From an uncultured Candidatus Actinomarina sp. (lineage in GTDB: Bacteria > Actinomycetota > Acidimicrobiia > Actinomarinales > Actinomarinaceae): a DNA stretch of 64,000 bases. This document shows positions 20,532-29,899 of the stretch, piece by piece. Each line of letters opens with the position of its first letter. The stretch's first letter is position 1. Location of the stretch: assembly GCA_902610815.1 (NCBI GenBank), contig CACLXG010000001.1:12775-76774 (forward strand), read 5' to 3'. A model generated the notes under the pieces. The model did not search any database and was not told the origin of the DNA. It saw only the letters and a program-made list of their open reading frames with translations. A program made the position numbers and the translations under genes.

Positions 20532-21024
20532 ATGCTTTGAACCTTTGATAGGGCCAGTATCTATATTTTATTTTGAGGCATTCTGTTGCAGAAACTGGAC
20601 CTAATGTTCTTGAGTCACTTGATGAAAGCCTTCTTTGGTCACCAAGAACAAATACTTCATCCTCACCAAGTGTTTGTTGAATAAAATCATCTGTTACAGT
20701 TTTAGCCCAAATGTCATCTATCTCAGAATTATTTATCAGAACTTTACCGTTTTCAGAACTCACAGTTTCGCCTGGTAAGCCAATTACCCTTTTAATGACA
20801 TCAATATTTTTTTCATGATTTGTAAAAATAACAATATCACCACGATTCAATTTATCTTTATTTTTAATAGCAACAACATAATCTTCTGGGAGTAATGCTG
20901 GACTCATACTCTCTTCTTTAATCTCATAGGTTGTTACATTTTTCTTGTCACTTTTGAAAAATACATACAAAGCGACAAGAAATAGTGTTCTAAAATTAAT
21001 TAATCTTCCAGCTGTTTTAAACAT
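20524..21024 (-). CDS. sodX: signal peptidase I-family Ni-SOD maturation protease (SodX-like)
   Basis: S26 peptidase motifs SMSPAL and GDQRRLSSSDSR. It is divergent from sodN, as in known sodN-sodX pairs. Confidence 0.7.
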   Translation of the reverse strand: MFKTAGRLINFRTLFLVALYVFFKSDKKNVTTYEIKEESMSPALLPEDYVVAIKNKDKLNRGDIVIFTNHEKNIDVIKRVIGLPGETVSSENGKVLINNSEIDDIWAKTVTDDFIQQTLGEDEVFVLGDQRRLSSSDSRTLGPVSATECLKIKYRYWPYQRFKAYE

Positions 21025-21064
21025 AAGGTTCTTATCAAATTATAATATAGAAAAAAGGAGATTT

Positions 21065-21451
21065 ATGAATTTATTTAAACCGAAAAATGTAGCATATGCG
21101 CATTGTGATTTACCTTGTGGAGTTTATGATCCAGCTCAAGCAAGAATTAATGCAGAATCTGTAGTAAATGCTTCTAAAAAGTATCAAGAATCTGATGATC
21201 CAGCATTTAAACAAAGATGTATCACAATAAAAGAAGACATGGCTGAAGAAGTCAAAAAAGACCTTTGGGTCCTATGGACAGACTATTTCAAGCCAGAACA
21301 TTTAGAAAAATTTCCAAATGTTCATGATCTTTTTTGGAATGCAACAAAAAAAGCTGGTGAGGCTAAAAAAACAGAAGATCCTGCTGTTGGTGAAGAACTG
21401 TTAGGCTTGATTAAAGAAATAGATGAGGTATTTCAAGCTACAAAAAGCTAA
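21065..21451 (+). CDS. sodN: nickel superoxide dismutase precursor
   Basis: The Ni-hook HCDLPCGVYDP is preceded by a 12-aa leader MNLFKPKNVAYA. AGGAG RBS. The start was chosen at 21065 rather than the ORF-track 20945, which would overlap sodX. Confidence 0.9.
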   Translation: MNLFKPKNVAYAHCDLPCGVYDPAQARINAESVVNASKKYQESDDPAFKQRCITIKEDMAEEVKKDLWVLWTDYFKPEHLEKFPNVHDLFWNATKKAGEAKKTEDPAVGEELLGLIKEIDEVFQATKS

Positions 21452-23064
21452 TCAAACTTCTTGAAAAGGTGTCCTATATTTTTTAAAGGGGCACCTTTTT
21501 TAATTTCATTTATCCCCCAACTATTTTCGTGTTCTTTTTGAATAGCATCATTTACTATTTTTGAAGTTGTAGGCATAAAAGGGGTAAACATAGTTGCACA
21601 AGCATCAATAGATGTAATTGCGCAGTGCAAAATTCCACTAGCTCTTTTTTTATCTTCTTTTATAACTTTCCATGGTTCGGTCTCATTTAAATAAGCATTG
21701 ATAGAATTCACATATGCCATGACATTTTGAAGTGAAGATTTAAGTTCTACTTTTTCAATCATTTCTCCTGTTGTTTTAAAACAGTTTTTTGCACCTTCCA
21801 AAAGATCTACGTCTATTTTTTCATACTCAAAAGTTGTATCTAGATCATCAAAATTATTTATGTACTGTGAAAAGACTCTTTGAACAAGATTCCCCCATGC
21901 TGCCACAAGTTCTTCGTTATTTCTTCTTATCATTTCGTCTTCAGAAATCTCTGAATCATTTTGTTCTGGGAGAATACTTGCGAGAGAATATCTTAACGAA
22001 TCAGGATTCCATTCATCAAGATAATCATTGAGAGTTTTCCCTACACCTCTACTAGCAGATGCCTTTTCTCCTTTTATTAAAATGTATTGATTTGCTGGAA
22101 CATTAGTAGGTAAGTTTAAACCCCCATAAGCCAAAAGCATTGCAGGCCAGATTATTGCATGAAATGGGACGTTATCTTTGCCAACAAAATAATAAGACTC
22201 TGCATTTTCATCTAGCCAGAAATCTTTCCAAGCCTCTGGAGTCCCATTGTTCACTGCCCACTCTTTCGAAGCAGATAAGTAACCTATTACAGCTTCAAAC
22301 CAAACATAAATCTTTTTTCCATCTCCAAGTTCATTATCTGGTATCTCTATACCCCAATCTAAATCCCTGGTAATTGCCCTATCCTGCAAACCTTCATCAA
22401 CAAAGGATTTTGAAAAGTTAATAACATGTGGCCTCCAACCATTCTTAGTATTAAGCCAATCTGCGAGTTTGTCGTTCAAAGCACTTAATTTTAAAAAATA
22501 ATGTTCTGTTTCTTTAAACTCTGCAGGATTTCCATTTATTTTGCTTTTTGGGTTAATTAATTCTTCTGGATCTAAAGTTATTCCACAACTGTCACATTGG
22601 TCACCTCTAGCCTCAAGGTAATTACATTTTGGGCACTCACCTTCAACATATCTATCTGGTAGAAACTTATTTTCTTTTGGATCAAATGCTTGAATGCTTT
22701 TATTTTTTTCAATATATCCGTTTTCCTTTATTTTTAGAAACATTTCCTGCGTGACCTCTTTGTGATTATCGGTCATAGTGGTTGTGTAGTTATCCCATTG
22801 AATATTAAGTTTTTCCCAATAGCTAAGAAATTCTGCATGGTATCTATTTACTATTTCAATTGGCTCAACACCTTCATCATCAGCTCTTACTGTTATGGGT
22901 GTTCCATGGACATCACTTCCAGAGACCATGATTACATTGTTTCCAATCATTCTGTTGTATCTTGCAAAAATATCTGCAGGCAAATATGCTCCACCAATAT
23001 GCCCTAGGTGTCTTGAACCGCTGGCATATGGCCAAGCTACGGAAACTAAAATATTTTTTGGCAT
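21448..23064 (-). CDS. metG: methionine--tRNA ligase (short form)
   Basis: HIGH-type motif (SRHLGHIGG), zinc knuckle CPKC…CDSC, KMSKS-like region (538 aa). Confidence 0.9.
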   Translation of the reverse strand: MPKNILVSVAWPYASGSRHLGHIGGAYLPADIFARYNRMIGNNVIMVSGSDVHGTPITVRADDEGVEPIEIVNRYHAEFLSYWEKLNIQWDNYTTTMTDNHKEVTQEMFLKIKENGYIEKNKSIQAFDPKENKFLPDRYVEGECPKCNYLEARGDQCDSCGITLDPEELINPKSKINGNPAEFKETEHYFLKLSALNDKLADWLNTKNGWRPHVINFSKSFVDEGLQDRAITRDLDWGIEIPDNELGDGKKIYVWFEAVIGYLSASKEWAVNNGTPEAWKDFWLDENAESYYFVGKDNVPFHAIIWPAMLLAYGGLNLPTNVPANQYILIKGEKASASRGVGKTLNDYLDEWNPDSLRYSLASILPEQNDSEISEDEMIRRNNEELVAAWGNLVQRVFSQYINNFDDLDTTFEYEKIDVDLLEGAKNCFKTTGEMIEKVELKSSLQNVMAYVNSINAYLNETEPWKVIKEDKKRASGILHCAITSIDACATMFTPFMPTTSKIVNDAIQKEHENSWGINEIKKGAPLKNIGHLFKKFD

Positions 23065-23118
23065 GCATTAAGAATAGCGATTTTTGGCTTGATAAATTTA
23101 AAAAAAGGTTCAATTTAG

Positions 23119-23156
23119 GAAACATATAAGAAACATTTCAGTAATAATCATTTAAC
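23119..23156 (+). promoter_or_regulatory. candidate GlnR-like (OmpR-family) binding array upstream of amt: four pentamers at 11-nt periodicity
   Basis: GAAAC (23119), GAAAC (23130), GTAAT (23141), TTAAC (23152), each separated by 6 nt. This resembles the gTnAc-n6-GaAAc GlnR boxes found before amtB in actinobacteria. Confidence 0.35.
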
Positions 23157-23217
23157 TTTTCCTTTAACTCTTAACTAATTCGGAATATTAAATTAAGGAA
23201 CTGAACTAAGGAGAAAT

Positions 23218-24420
23218 ATGGAATCAATGATAATTAATTCGGTAGATAGTTTATGGGTTCTCATAGCTGGAATATTGGTTATGTTTATGCAACCAGGCTT
23301 TATGTTGGTTGAAACAGGATTTACAAGATCCAAGAACTCGGTAAACATCGTAATGAAAAACTTTATGGACTTTTCTGTTGGTGCAGTAACATACTGGGCA
23401 TTCGGATTTGCTTTAGCATATGGTGGATCAACTTTAGGTGGTTTTCTCGCATATGGCGACTTTTTTCTAGAAGGTCAAGCTAGTACATATTTCTTTCAAG
23501 TTGTTTTTGCTGCTACAGCTGCAACTATTGTCTCAGGTGCTGTAGCTGAAAGAACTAAATTTAGTGCGTATCTTTTATTTCAACCTTTTATATGTGGAAT
23601 AATTTATCCAATCGTAACTCACTGGGTTTGGAGCGGTCAGGGATGGTTAGGAGACTTAGGATTCATTGACTTTGCTGGCTCAGGAGTTGTTCATATGGTT
23701 GGAGGTTTTGCAGCGCTTGCTGGAGTGATGGTTGTAGGCCCTAGAATTGGTAAATACGATGATAATGGTTCTCCTCTTCCACTTCCTGGAAGTTCTATGG
23801 TTGCCGGAGCATTAGGTGTATTTATATTATGGTTTGGATGGTATGGATTTAATGTAGGTTCAGCCCTTGCTGCTGTAGATGTCAACTTAGCTGCAATTGC
23901 TGTAACAACAACTTTGTCTGCTGCTGCCGCTTCTATTGCCGCAATGTATACTTCAATGATTTCAGGAAAACCAGACGTTAGCATGACACTAAACGGAGCT
24001 TTGGCTGGATTGGTTGGTATAACTGCTGGATGTGCCAATGTAAATAATCTAGGTGCAGTCTTAATAGGGTTAGTTTCTGGAGTTTTAGTTGTTTATTCAA
24101 TAAATTTCTTAGAGAAAAAAGGAATTGACGATGCTGTTGGTGCTATTTCTGTACATGGAATTTGTGGTGCATGGGGAGTACTTGCAGTTGCAATTTTTGA
24201 TACAACAGATGGATTATTTTTTGGTGGATCATCGCTTTTTGTTCCTCAGCTTATTGGGATTGCAGCTATAGGTGCTTGGGCATTTTTAACTTCATACGGA
24301 GTTTTAAAAGCTATTGATAACATCGTAGGATTACGAGTAACACCTGAAGAAGAGATTGCAGGATTAGATGCTTCAGAGCATGGTACCTCTGCGTACGGAG
24401 ATTTTATTACAAAAAAATAA
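23218..24420 (+). CDS. amt: ammonium transporter
   Basis: 400 aa Amt/MEP family protein with about 11 TM helices and conserved Amt motifs. Confidence 0.9.
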   Translation: MESMIINSVDSLWVLIAGILVMFMQPGFMLVETGFTRSKNSVNIVMKNFMDFSVGAVTYWAFGFALAYGGSTLGGFLAYGDFFLEGQASTYFFQVVFAATAATIVSGAVAERTKFSAYLLFQPFICGIIYPIVTHWVWSGQGWLGDLGFIDFAGSGVVHMVGGFAALAGVMVVGPRIGKYDDNGSPLPLPGSSMVAGALGVFILWFGWYGFNVGSALAAVDVNLAAIAVTTTLSAAAASIAAMYTSMISGKPDVSMTLNGALAGLVGITAGCANVNNLGAVLIGLVSGVLVVYSINFLEKKGIDDAVGAISVHGICGAWGVLAVAIFDTTDGLFFGGSSLFVPQLIGIAAIGAWAFLTSYGVLKAIDNIVGLRVTPEEEIAGLDASEHGTSAYGDFITKK

Positions 24421-24425
24421 TAAAA

Positions 24426-24489
24426 GCTGAAAATCAGCCACAACTCATTTAGGTTTCCCCCTTTTTGACCGATTGGGCTGATTTTCATC
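24426..24489 (+). other. long-range inverted repeat between amt and gltB (terminator/attenuator-like)
   Basis: GCTGAAAATCAGCC (24426-24439) pairs with GGCTGATTTTCATC (24476-24489) with 13/14 matches. A TTTT tract follows. The roughly 36-nt loop is C/T rich. Confidence 0.3.
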
Positions 24490-24527
24490 TTTTAAATAGT
24501 TGAGTTTTGAAGTATTATTGGGGGACA

Positions 24528-27500
24528 ATGTTCGACTTTTCTGAAAAAGACTCATGTGGTGTAGGCTTTATTGCCTCAAGAAATATTCCCCCAACTCATG
24601 GAATGACTTTAAAGGTTTTAGAGTGCCTTGCTAATTTAGACCACAGAGGTGCAAAATTTGCTGATGGAACAGGAGACGGAGCAGGTGTTCTTACTGAAAT
24701 TCCATTTGAACTTATAAGAGCAGAGTTAGCTGAATTAAATATAGAACATGATACAAACAAAAAAATTGGAATTATTTCATGTTTTTTTGATCCAAAAAAT
24801 ATAGATGAGTCAATCGAATTAATAAATAATGAATTAAAAGAATTTAACATTAAACATTTATATTGGCGAAAAGTACCAACAGATAAACAAATTCTTGGGA
24901 CCCTTGCTAGAGAATCAAAGCCATCAATTTATCAAGGAATTCTAAGTGCAGAGAAAGAATCTCCTAAAGATTTTGAAAAGAAATTGTATTTATTTAGAAA
25001 AACTTTAGAACGAAAAATTGCAGAAATAGATTTTCTTAATATTCATATAAACTCCTGTTCCTCAAAGACTGTGGTTTACAAAGGTCTTTTTACTGCAAAG
25101 CAAACAGCAGATTTTTATTGGGATTTAAGAAATCCTCTCTACAAAACACGATTTGGTATATTTCATCAAAGATTTTCAACAAACACATCTTCAACTTGGG
25201 ATAAAGCTCAACCGTTTAGAATGCTTGCTCATAATGGCGAAATCAACACAATTCAATCTAACTATTCCTGGATGAAGGCTAGAGAAGTTGATGCTACATC
25301 ATCATACTGGAAAGATGATATTCAGAGTATTAAACCATTTATTGATGAATCTATTTCTGACTCAGGACAACTTGATAATGCAATTGAGTTATTAGTAAGA
25401 TCTGGACGTACTCTTGCACATTCTCAAGAAATGCTCATTCCTTCAGCATGGGAAAACAATCCAAGATTTACAAAGAAGCAGAAGGCGTTTTATCAATACC
25501 ATTCTTTTTTAACTGAGCCTTGGGATGGGCCGGCAGCAATTATTGCTTCAGATGGAAGAGACATTATTGCTGGGTTAGATAGAAGTGGTTTAAGACCTAT
25601 GCGTTGGATGGTTTCAGATAGATATGTCTTAGCTGCATCAGAAGTAGGTATTTGTCCTTCAGTTGAAGCCGGAGCTTATAAAACAGCCCAATTAGAACCT
25701 GGCCAAACTATTAGGTACAGAATTGAAAATGATGAACTTTTAGACGAAAGTCAGGTGATTACAAAACTTAGTGAGAAAAATCCATATATAGAATGGGTGA
25801 ACTCAAAACCGCTTGAAGTTGATCAAACTTTTAATGAGGAAAAAGATAATGCTATAGACGTAGAAAGTCTCACAGATTTTTATGAATACACACCAGAGGA
25901 AGAAAGGTTAATTCTATTACCTATGCTAAAAGGAGAGATACCTACTGGGTCAATGGGAAATGACACTTCCTTGGCAGTGATGAGTAAAAATAGCCCTAGG
26001 TTATCAAGGTATTTTCATCAATTATTCGCGCAAGTTACAAATCCTCCAATTGACCCGATCCGTGAAAGATTTGTTATGTCTACAAAAACATACCTTGGTA
26101 AGAGAGGATCTATTTTAAAAGAAACAGCTCAGCAAGCGAACCTAATATCCTTGGATTCTCCAATATTAAGCGGTGCGTCATTCGATTCTTTAACTGAAAA
26201 TAAAAGCCTTAAAAATAAGACAATTGTTATTTCAACGACATTTATAAAAGAAAATAAGACAGTAGAAGAGGCATTAGATGATATTTGTGAAAAAGTTAAA
26301 TCAGAGATTTTAGAAAATAATAAATCAGTAATTATATTTTCAGATAGAGAGATTAAACCAGGAGAGTCTGTAGTGCCGTCTTTGATGGTTATTGGTAAAG
26401 TACACCACTATTTAATTGACGCTGGAATAAGACTTAAAGCTTCTTTAATTTCAGTTTCTGGAGAAATAAGAGATTCTCACGATGTTGCTTGTCATATTTC
26501 TTACGGTGCCTCTGCTGTTTGGCCATATTTAGCTTTAGAGAAAGTACGAGAATTATCTATTCAAAATGAAACTTTAAATATTTCTATCGAACAAGCTCAG
26601 GAAAATTACCGAAAGTCTTTGAACAAAGGTCTGTTAAAAATTATGTCAAAAATGGGTATATGTACAATATCGTCTTATAGAGGTTCGGAGTTATTTGAAA
26701 TCATAGGACTTAATAGTGAGATCATTAATAACGTGTTTAAATTTTCAAAAACAAGAACTGAGGGTTATGGGTTTGAACACTTCAATAAAAATTTAAGAAT
26801 ATACCAGCAGGAAGAACGTACAGAAATTCTGAATGGAATTGGTGGTTTCTATAAGCACAAAAAAGATGCAGAAACACACGTAACTTCACCAAAAACTGTT
26901 TTAAAACTTCAAAAAGCTGTGAGGTCTGGTGAATTGTCAGACTGGCACAACTATCTTGAAACACTTGAAGATAGAGATGATGTACAATTAAGAGATTTAT
27001 TTTCACTTCCAGAAACTACTAACAACAATGTTGTTTTAGAAGATGATTCTCTAAAAGATTTATATAAGAAATTTACTGTCAGCTCAATGTCACTTGGGGC
27101 ACTTTCTGAAGAAGCTCACCAGGCTTTGGCTACAGCAATAAATCAAATTGGGGGAAAATCAGGTTCTGGTGAAGGCGGTGAGGATCCGGCGAGATTTGGT
27201 AATGAAAAGAATTCAAAGATAAAGCAAATTGCTTCTGGAAGGTTTGGAGTTACACCTGATTATCTTGCCTCTGCTGAAGAATTTCAAATTAAAATGGCTC
27301 AAGGTTCAAAACCTGGTGAAGGTGGTCAACTACCTGGTTTTAAAGTCGATAAGCATATTGCAAAATTAAGACATACTGTTGAAGGCGTTACTCTAATATC
27401 TCCACCACCACATCATGATATATATTCAATTGAAGATTTAGCTCAATTGATATATGACTTAAAAACGTTTAATCCAGATAACCCTGTTTCTGTAAAGCTT

Positions 27501-28913
27501 GTATCGGAACCTGGTGTTGGAACAATTGCAGTAGGAGTAGCAAAAGCTGGTGCTGACATTATTACTATTGCTGGTAGTGATGGTGGAACTGGGGCTAGTC
27601 CTTGGATAAGTATTAAGCATGCTGGATCTCCATGGGAACTTGGTCTAAGTGAAACTCACCAAGCTCTTGTAAAAAACAACATGCGACATAAAGTTTTGAT
27701 TGAAGTTGATGGTGGCCTAAGGTCTGCAAAAGATGTAATAATTGGAACTATATTGGGTGCAGATCGATTTGGATTTGGAACACTACCTTTGCTGGCTCTT
27801 GGGTGCAAAATGGTTAGACAATGTCATGAAAATACCTGTCCAGTTGGAATCGCAACTCAAGATGAAAATCTTAGAGCTAAATTCCCAGGTGCTCCTGAAC
27901 AAGTCGTACAATTATTTAAATTCATAGCTAATGATGTAATGGCGTATCTAGATAAATTTGGTGTAGATGATATTGAAGATTTACTAGGTAGAGCAGATCT
28001 TTTGGGATTAAAGATTTCTAATAGTGATCTATCTAAAAGTCTTCATAAAATATTGATGAACTTTTCTATAGAAGAAAAACACCCAGGTTTTATTAGGCAT
28101 AGTGAAGGCCGTTTATCAAGAAGAATTACTTCTGAAGTTATTCGATCCGTAGAAAGAGGAGAGAAATCTTTCCTTCAGTATCCAATTTCAAATGAAGATA
28201 GAAGTATCGGTGCTAGATTATCTGGAGAAGTTACATTAAGAAAGTTATCTACAAAACTTGCCGAGAACCCAACAACAATAAGTTTATCTGGTGCAGCCGG
28301 ACAAAGCTTTGGAGCATTTATTAGAGATGGTATTAATTTGAAATTAACTGGTAATGCCAATGATTATGTTGCAAAGGGCATGGGTGGTGGAAGCGTTACA
28401 ATTATTCCACAAGGAAGAAAAATGCAAGGAGCATTTCATGCTGCTGGAAATACAATTCTCTATGGTGCTACTGGAGGACAACTTTTTATTGCTGGCACAG
28501 TAGGTCAAAGATTTGGAGTAAGAAATAGTGGTGCAATTGGAGTTGTTGAAGGTTGCAGTGCTCATGGTGCAGAATATATGACAGGAGGTACCTTAGTCAT
28601 TCTCGGGAACATAGGATTTAATTTTGCTGCTGGAATGACAGGAGGCAAAGCAATTGTCCTAAAGACACAAAAGAATTTTGAACAATATATTTCAGAAACT
28701 GCACCTGAATATAAGAAAATGTCTGACATAGACAAATTGGAACTAAAAACATTATTAGAAATTCATATGGAAAAAACAAACTCTGAAACGGCTAAAAAGA
28801 TTTTAGATAAATTCGATAATTGGGAAAACATGTTTGCTGTATTTGGGGGCATTGCAGAGGTTGAAAAAGACTCTGTTCAACTAAAGCCAGAAAATGTCAA
28901 GGCGTTAGATTAA
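24528..28913 (+). CDS. gltB: glutamate synthase large subunit (possibly ferredoxin-dependent type)
   Basis: Ntn amidotransferase start …DSCGVGFIA. FMN/GXGXG domains along about 1460 aa. The start was set at ATG 24528 (GGGGA RBS), which exposes Cys1 after a short propeptide. Confidence 0.9.
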   Translation: MFDFSEKDSCGVGFIASRNIPPTHGMTLKVLECLANLDHRGAKFADGTGDGAGVLTEIPFELIRAELAELNIEHDTNKKIGIISCFFDPKNIDESIELINNELKEFNIKHLYWRKVPTDKQILGTLARESKPSIYQGILSAEKESPKDFEKKLYLFRKTLERKIAEIDFLNIHINSCSSKTVVYKGLFTAKQTADFYWDLRNPLYKTRFGIFHQRFSTNTSSTWDKAQPFRMLAHNGEINTIQSNYSWMKAREVDATSSYWKDDIQSIKPFIDESISDSGQLDNAIELLVRSGRTLAHSQEMLIPSAWENNPRFTKKQKAFYQYHSFLTEPWDGPAAIIASDGRDIIAGLDRSGLRPMRWMVSDRYVLAASEVGICPSVEAGAYKTAQLEPGQTIRYRIENDELLDESQVITKLSEKNPYIEWVNSKPLEVDQTFNEEKDNAIDVESLTDFYEYTPEEERLILLPMLKGEIPTGSMGNDTSLAVMSKNSPRLSRYFHQLFAQVTNPPIDPIRERFVMSTKTYLGKRGSILKETAQQANLISLDSPILSGASFDSLTENKSLKNKTIVISTTFIKENKTVEEALDDICEKVKSEILENNKSVIIFSDREIKPGESVVPSLMVIGKVHHYLIDAGIRLKASLISVSGEIRDSHDVACHISYGASAVWPYLALEKVRELSIQNETLNISIEQAQENYRKSLNKGLLKIMSKMGICTISSYRGSELFEIIGLNSEIINNVFKFSKTRTEGYGFEHFNKNLRIYQQEERTEILNGIGGFYKHKKDAETHVTSPKTVLKLQKAVRSGELSDWHNYLETLEDRDDVQLRDLFSLPETTNNNVVLEDDSLKDLYKKFTVSSMSLGALSEEAHQALATAINQIGGKSGSGEGGEDPARFGNEKNSKIKQIASGRFGVTPDYLASAEEFQIKMAQGSKPGEGGQLPGFKVDKHIAKLRHTVEGVTLISPPPHHDIYSIEDLAQLIYDLKTFNPDNPVSVKLVSEPGVGTIAVGVAKAGADIITIAGSDGGTGASPWISIKHAGSPWELGLSETHQALVKNNMRHKVLIEVDGGLRSAKDVIIGTILGADRFGFGTLPLLALGCKMVRQCHENTCPVGIATQDENLRAKFPGAPEQVVQLFKFIANDVMAYLDKFGVDDIEDLLGRADLLGLKISNSDLSKSLHKILMNFSIEEKHPGFIRHSEGRLSRRITSEVIRSVERGEKSFLQYPISNEDRSIGARLSGEVTLRKLSTKLAENPTTISLSGAAGQSFGAFIRDGINLKLTGNANDYVAKGMGGGSVTIIPQGRKMQGAFHAAGNTILYGATGGQLFIAGTVGQRFGVRNSGAIGVVEGCSAHGAEYMTGGTLVILGNIGFNFAAGMTGGKAIVLKTQKNFEQYISETAPEYKKMSDIDKLELKTLLEIHMEKTNSETAKKILDKFDNWENMFAVFGGIAEVEKDSVQLKPENVKALD

Positions 28914-28954
28914 TTAGTACTACTAAAAAAAATATAATCATTTAGCATAAAAAT

Positions 28955-29893
28955 ATGGGAAAAATAAAAACCTCTTATGATTCAATTCAGTGGTCCAATG
29001 TTTTGGAGATGGTATACGAATCACGTATTGATTCGGTTGGATTAAATGAAAGAGTAAACTCACTTGCAACAAGAAGTATAAAAAAAGATTCAAAATTAGA
29101 AGCATTAAATATGATTGTTTCAATGTGCGATCTAACTACTCTTGAAGGAGAAGATACTGAAGGTAAGATATCTCAAATGGTTGCAAAAGCAATTAAACCT
29201 AACCCTTTAGACTCCTCAGTGCCAAGTGTTGCAGCAGTGTGTGTTTATCCTTCACTAGTTGGTACTGCTAAAGAGAAAGTACAAAACTCTAATGTTAAAG
29301 TTGCCGCTGTATCTTCATATTTTCCAAGTGGACAAGTGCCTATGGAGTCAAAATTATTAGATACAAAATATGCTATTGAATCTGGTGCAGATGAAATAGA
29401 TATTGTTATTAATAGAAAAGCTTTTCTTGAGGGAGACTATAGAAAAGTATATGACGAAATAGTTGCTTTAAAAGAGGTGTGCCAAGATGTTCACTTAAAA
29501 ACAATACTTGAAGTAGGTGATCTAAAAACTTATGAAAATATAAGAAAAGCTAGCCTTATTTCATTAGCTGCTGGTTCTGATTTTATAAAAACATCAACCG
29601 GTAAATTATCTATCGGCTCTTCAAGACAAGCTTGTTATGTAATGCTTAAGTCTGTATTAGATTTTGAATCTATGACAGGAGTAAAAGCTGGTATCAAGGT
29701 AGCAGGAGGTATTAGAGATGCAAAAGATGCTATTCGATATTTAGTAATGATAAATGAAGAAATGGGATCTGATTGGTTGAATCCAGAGTTATTTAGATTT
29801 GGGGCATCAAGCCTGCTAGATGATGTATTAAAACAAATAAAAAAACTAAAAACAGGGGCCTATCAAGCTGGCTATTATTTTCCTAGGGGATGA
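28955..29893 (+). CDS. deoC: deoxyribose-phosphate aldolase (long form)
   Basis: Schiff-base lysine context SDFIKTSTG. DeoC fold, 312 aa. Confidence 0.75.
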   Translation: MGKIKTSYDSIQWSNVLEMVYESRIDSVGLNERVNSLATRSIKKDSKLEALNMIVSMCDLTTLEGEDTEGKISQMVAKAIKPNPLDSSVPSVAAVCVYPSLVGTAKEKVQNSNVKVAAVSSYFPSGQVPMESKLLDTKYAIESGADEIDIVINRKAFLEGDYRKVYDEIVALKEVCQDVHLKTILEVGDLKTYENIRKASLISLAAGSDFIKTSTGKLSIGSSRQACYVMLKSVLDFESMTGVKAGIKVAGGIRDAKDAIRYLVMINEEMGSDWLNPELFRFGASSLLDDVLKQIKKLKTGAYQAGYYFPRG

Positions 29894-29899
29894 TTTAAT

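Noticed and set aside
20945-21064. Long N-terminal extension of sodN given by the ORF track (start at 20945)
   Set aside because: The extension overlaps sodX on the opposite strand and lacks an RBS. ATG 21065 has an AGGAG RBS and gives the expected short Ni-SOD leader directly before HCDLPCGVYDP.
24421-24527. Possible glutamine riboswitch (glnA RNA motif) upstream of gltB
   Set aside because: I searched by eye for the conserved purine-rich cores and E-loop or pseudoknot signature and could not recognise them. Only a generic inverted repeat is present (reported separately at low confidence).
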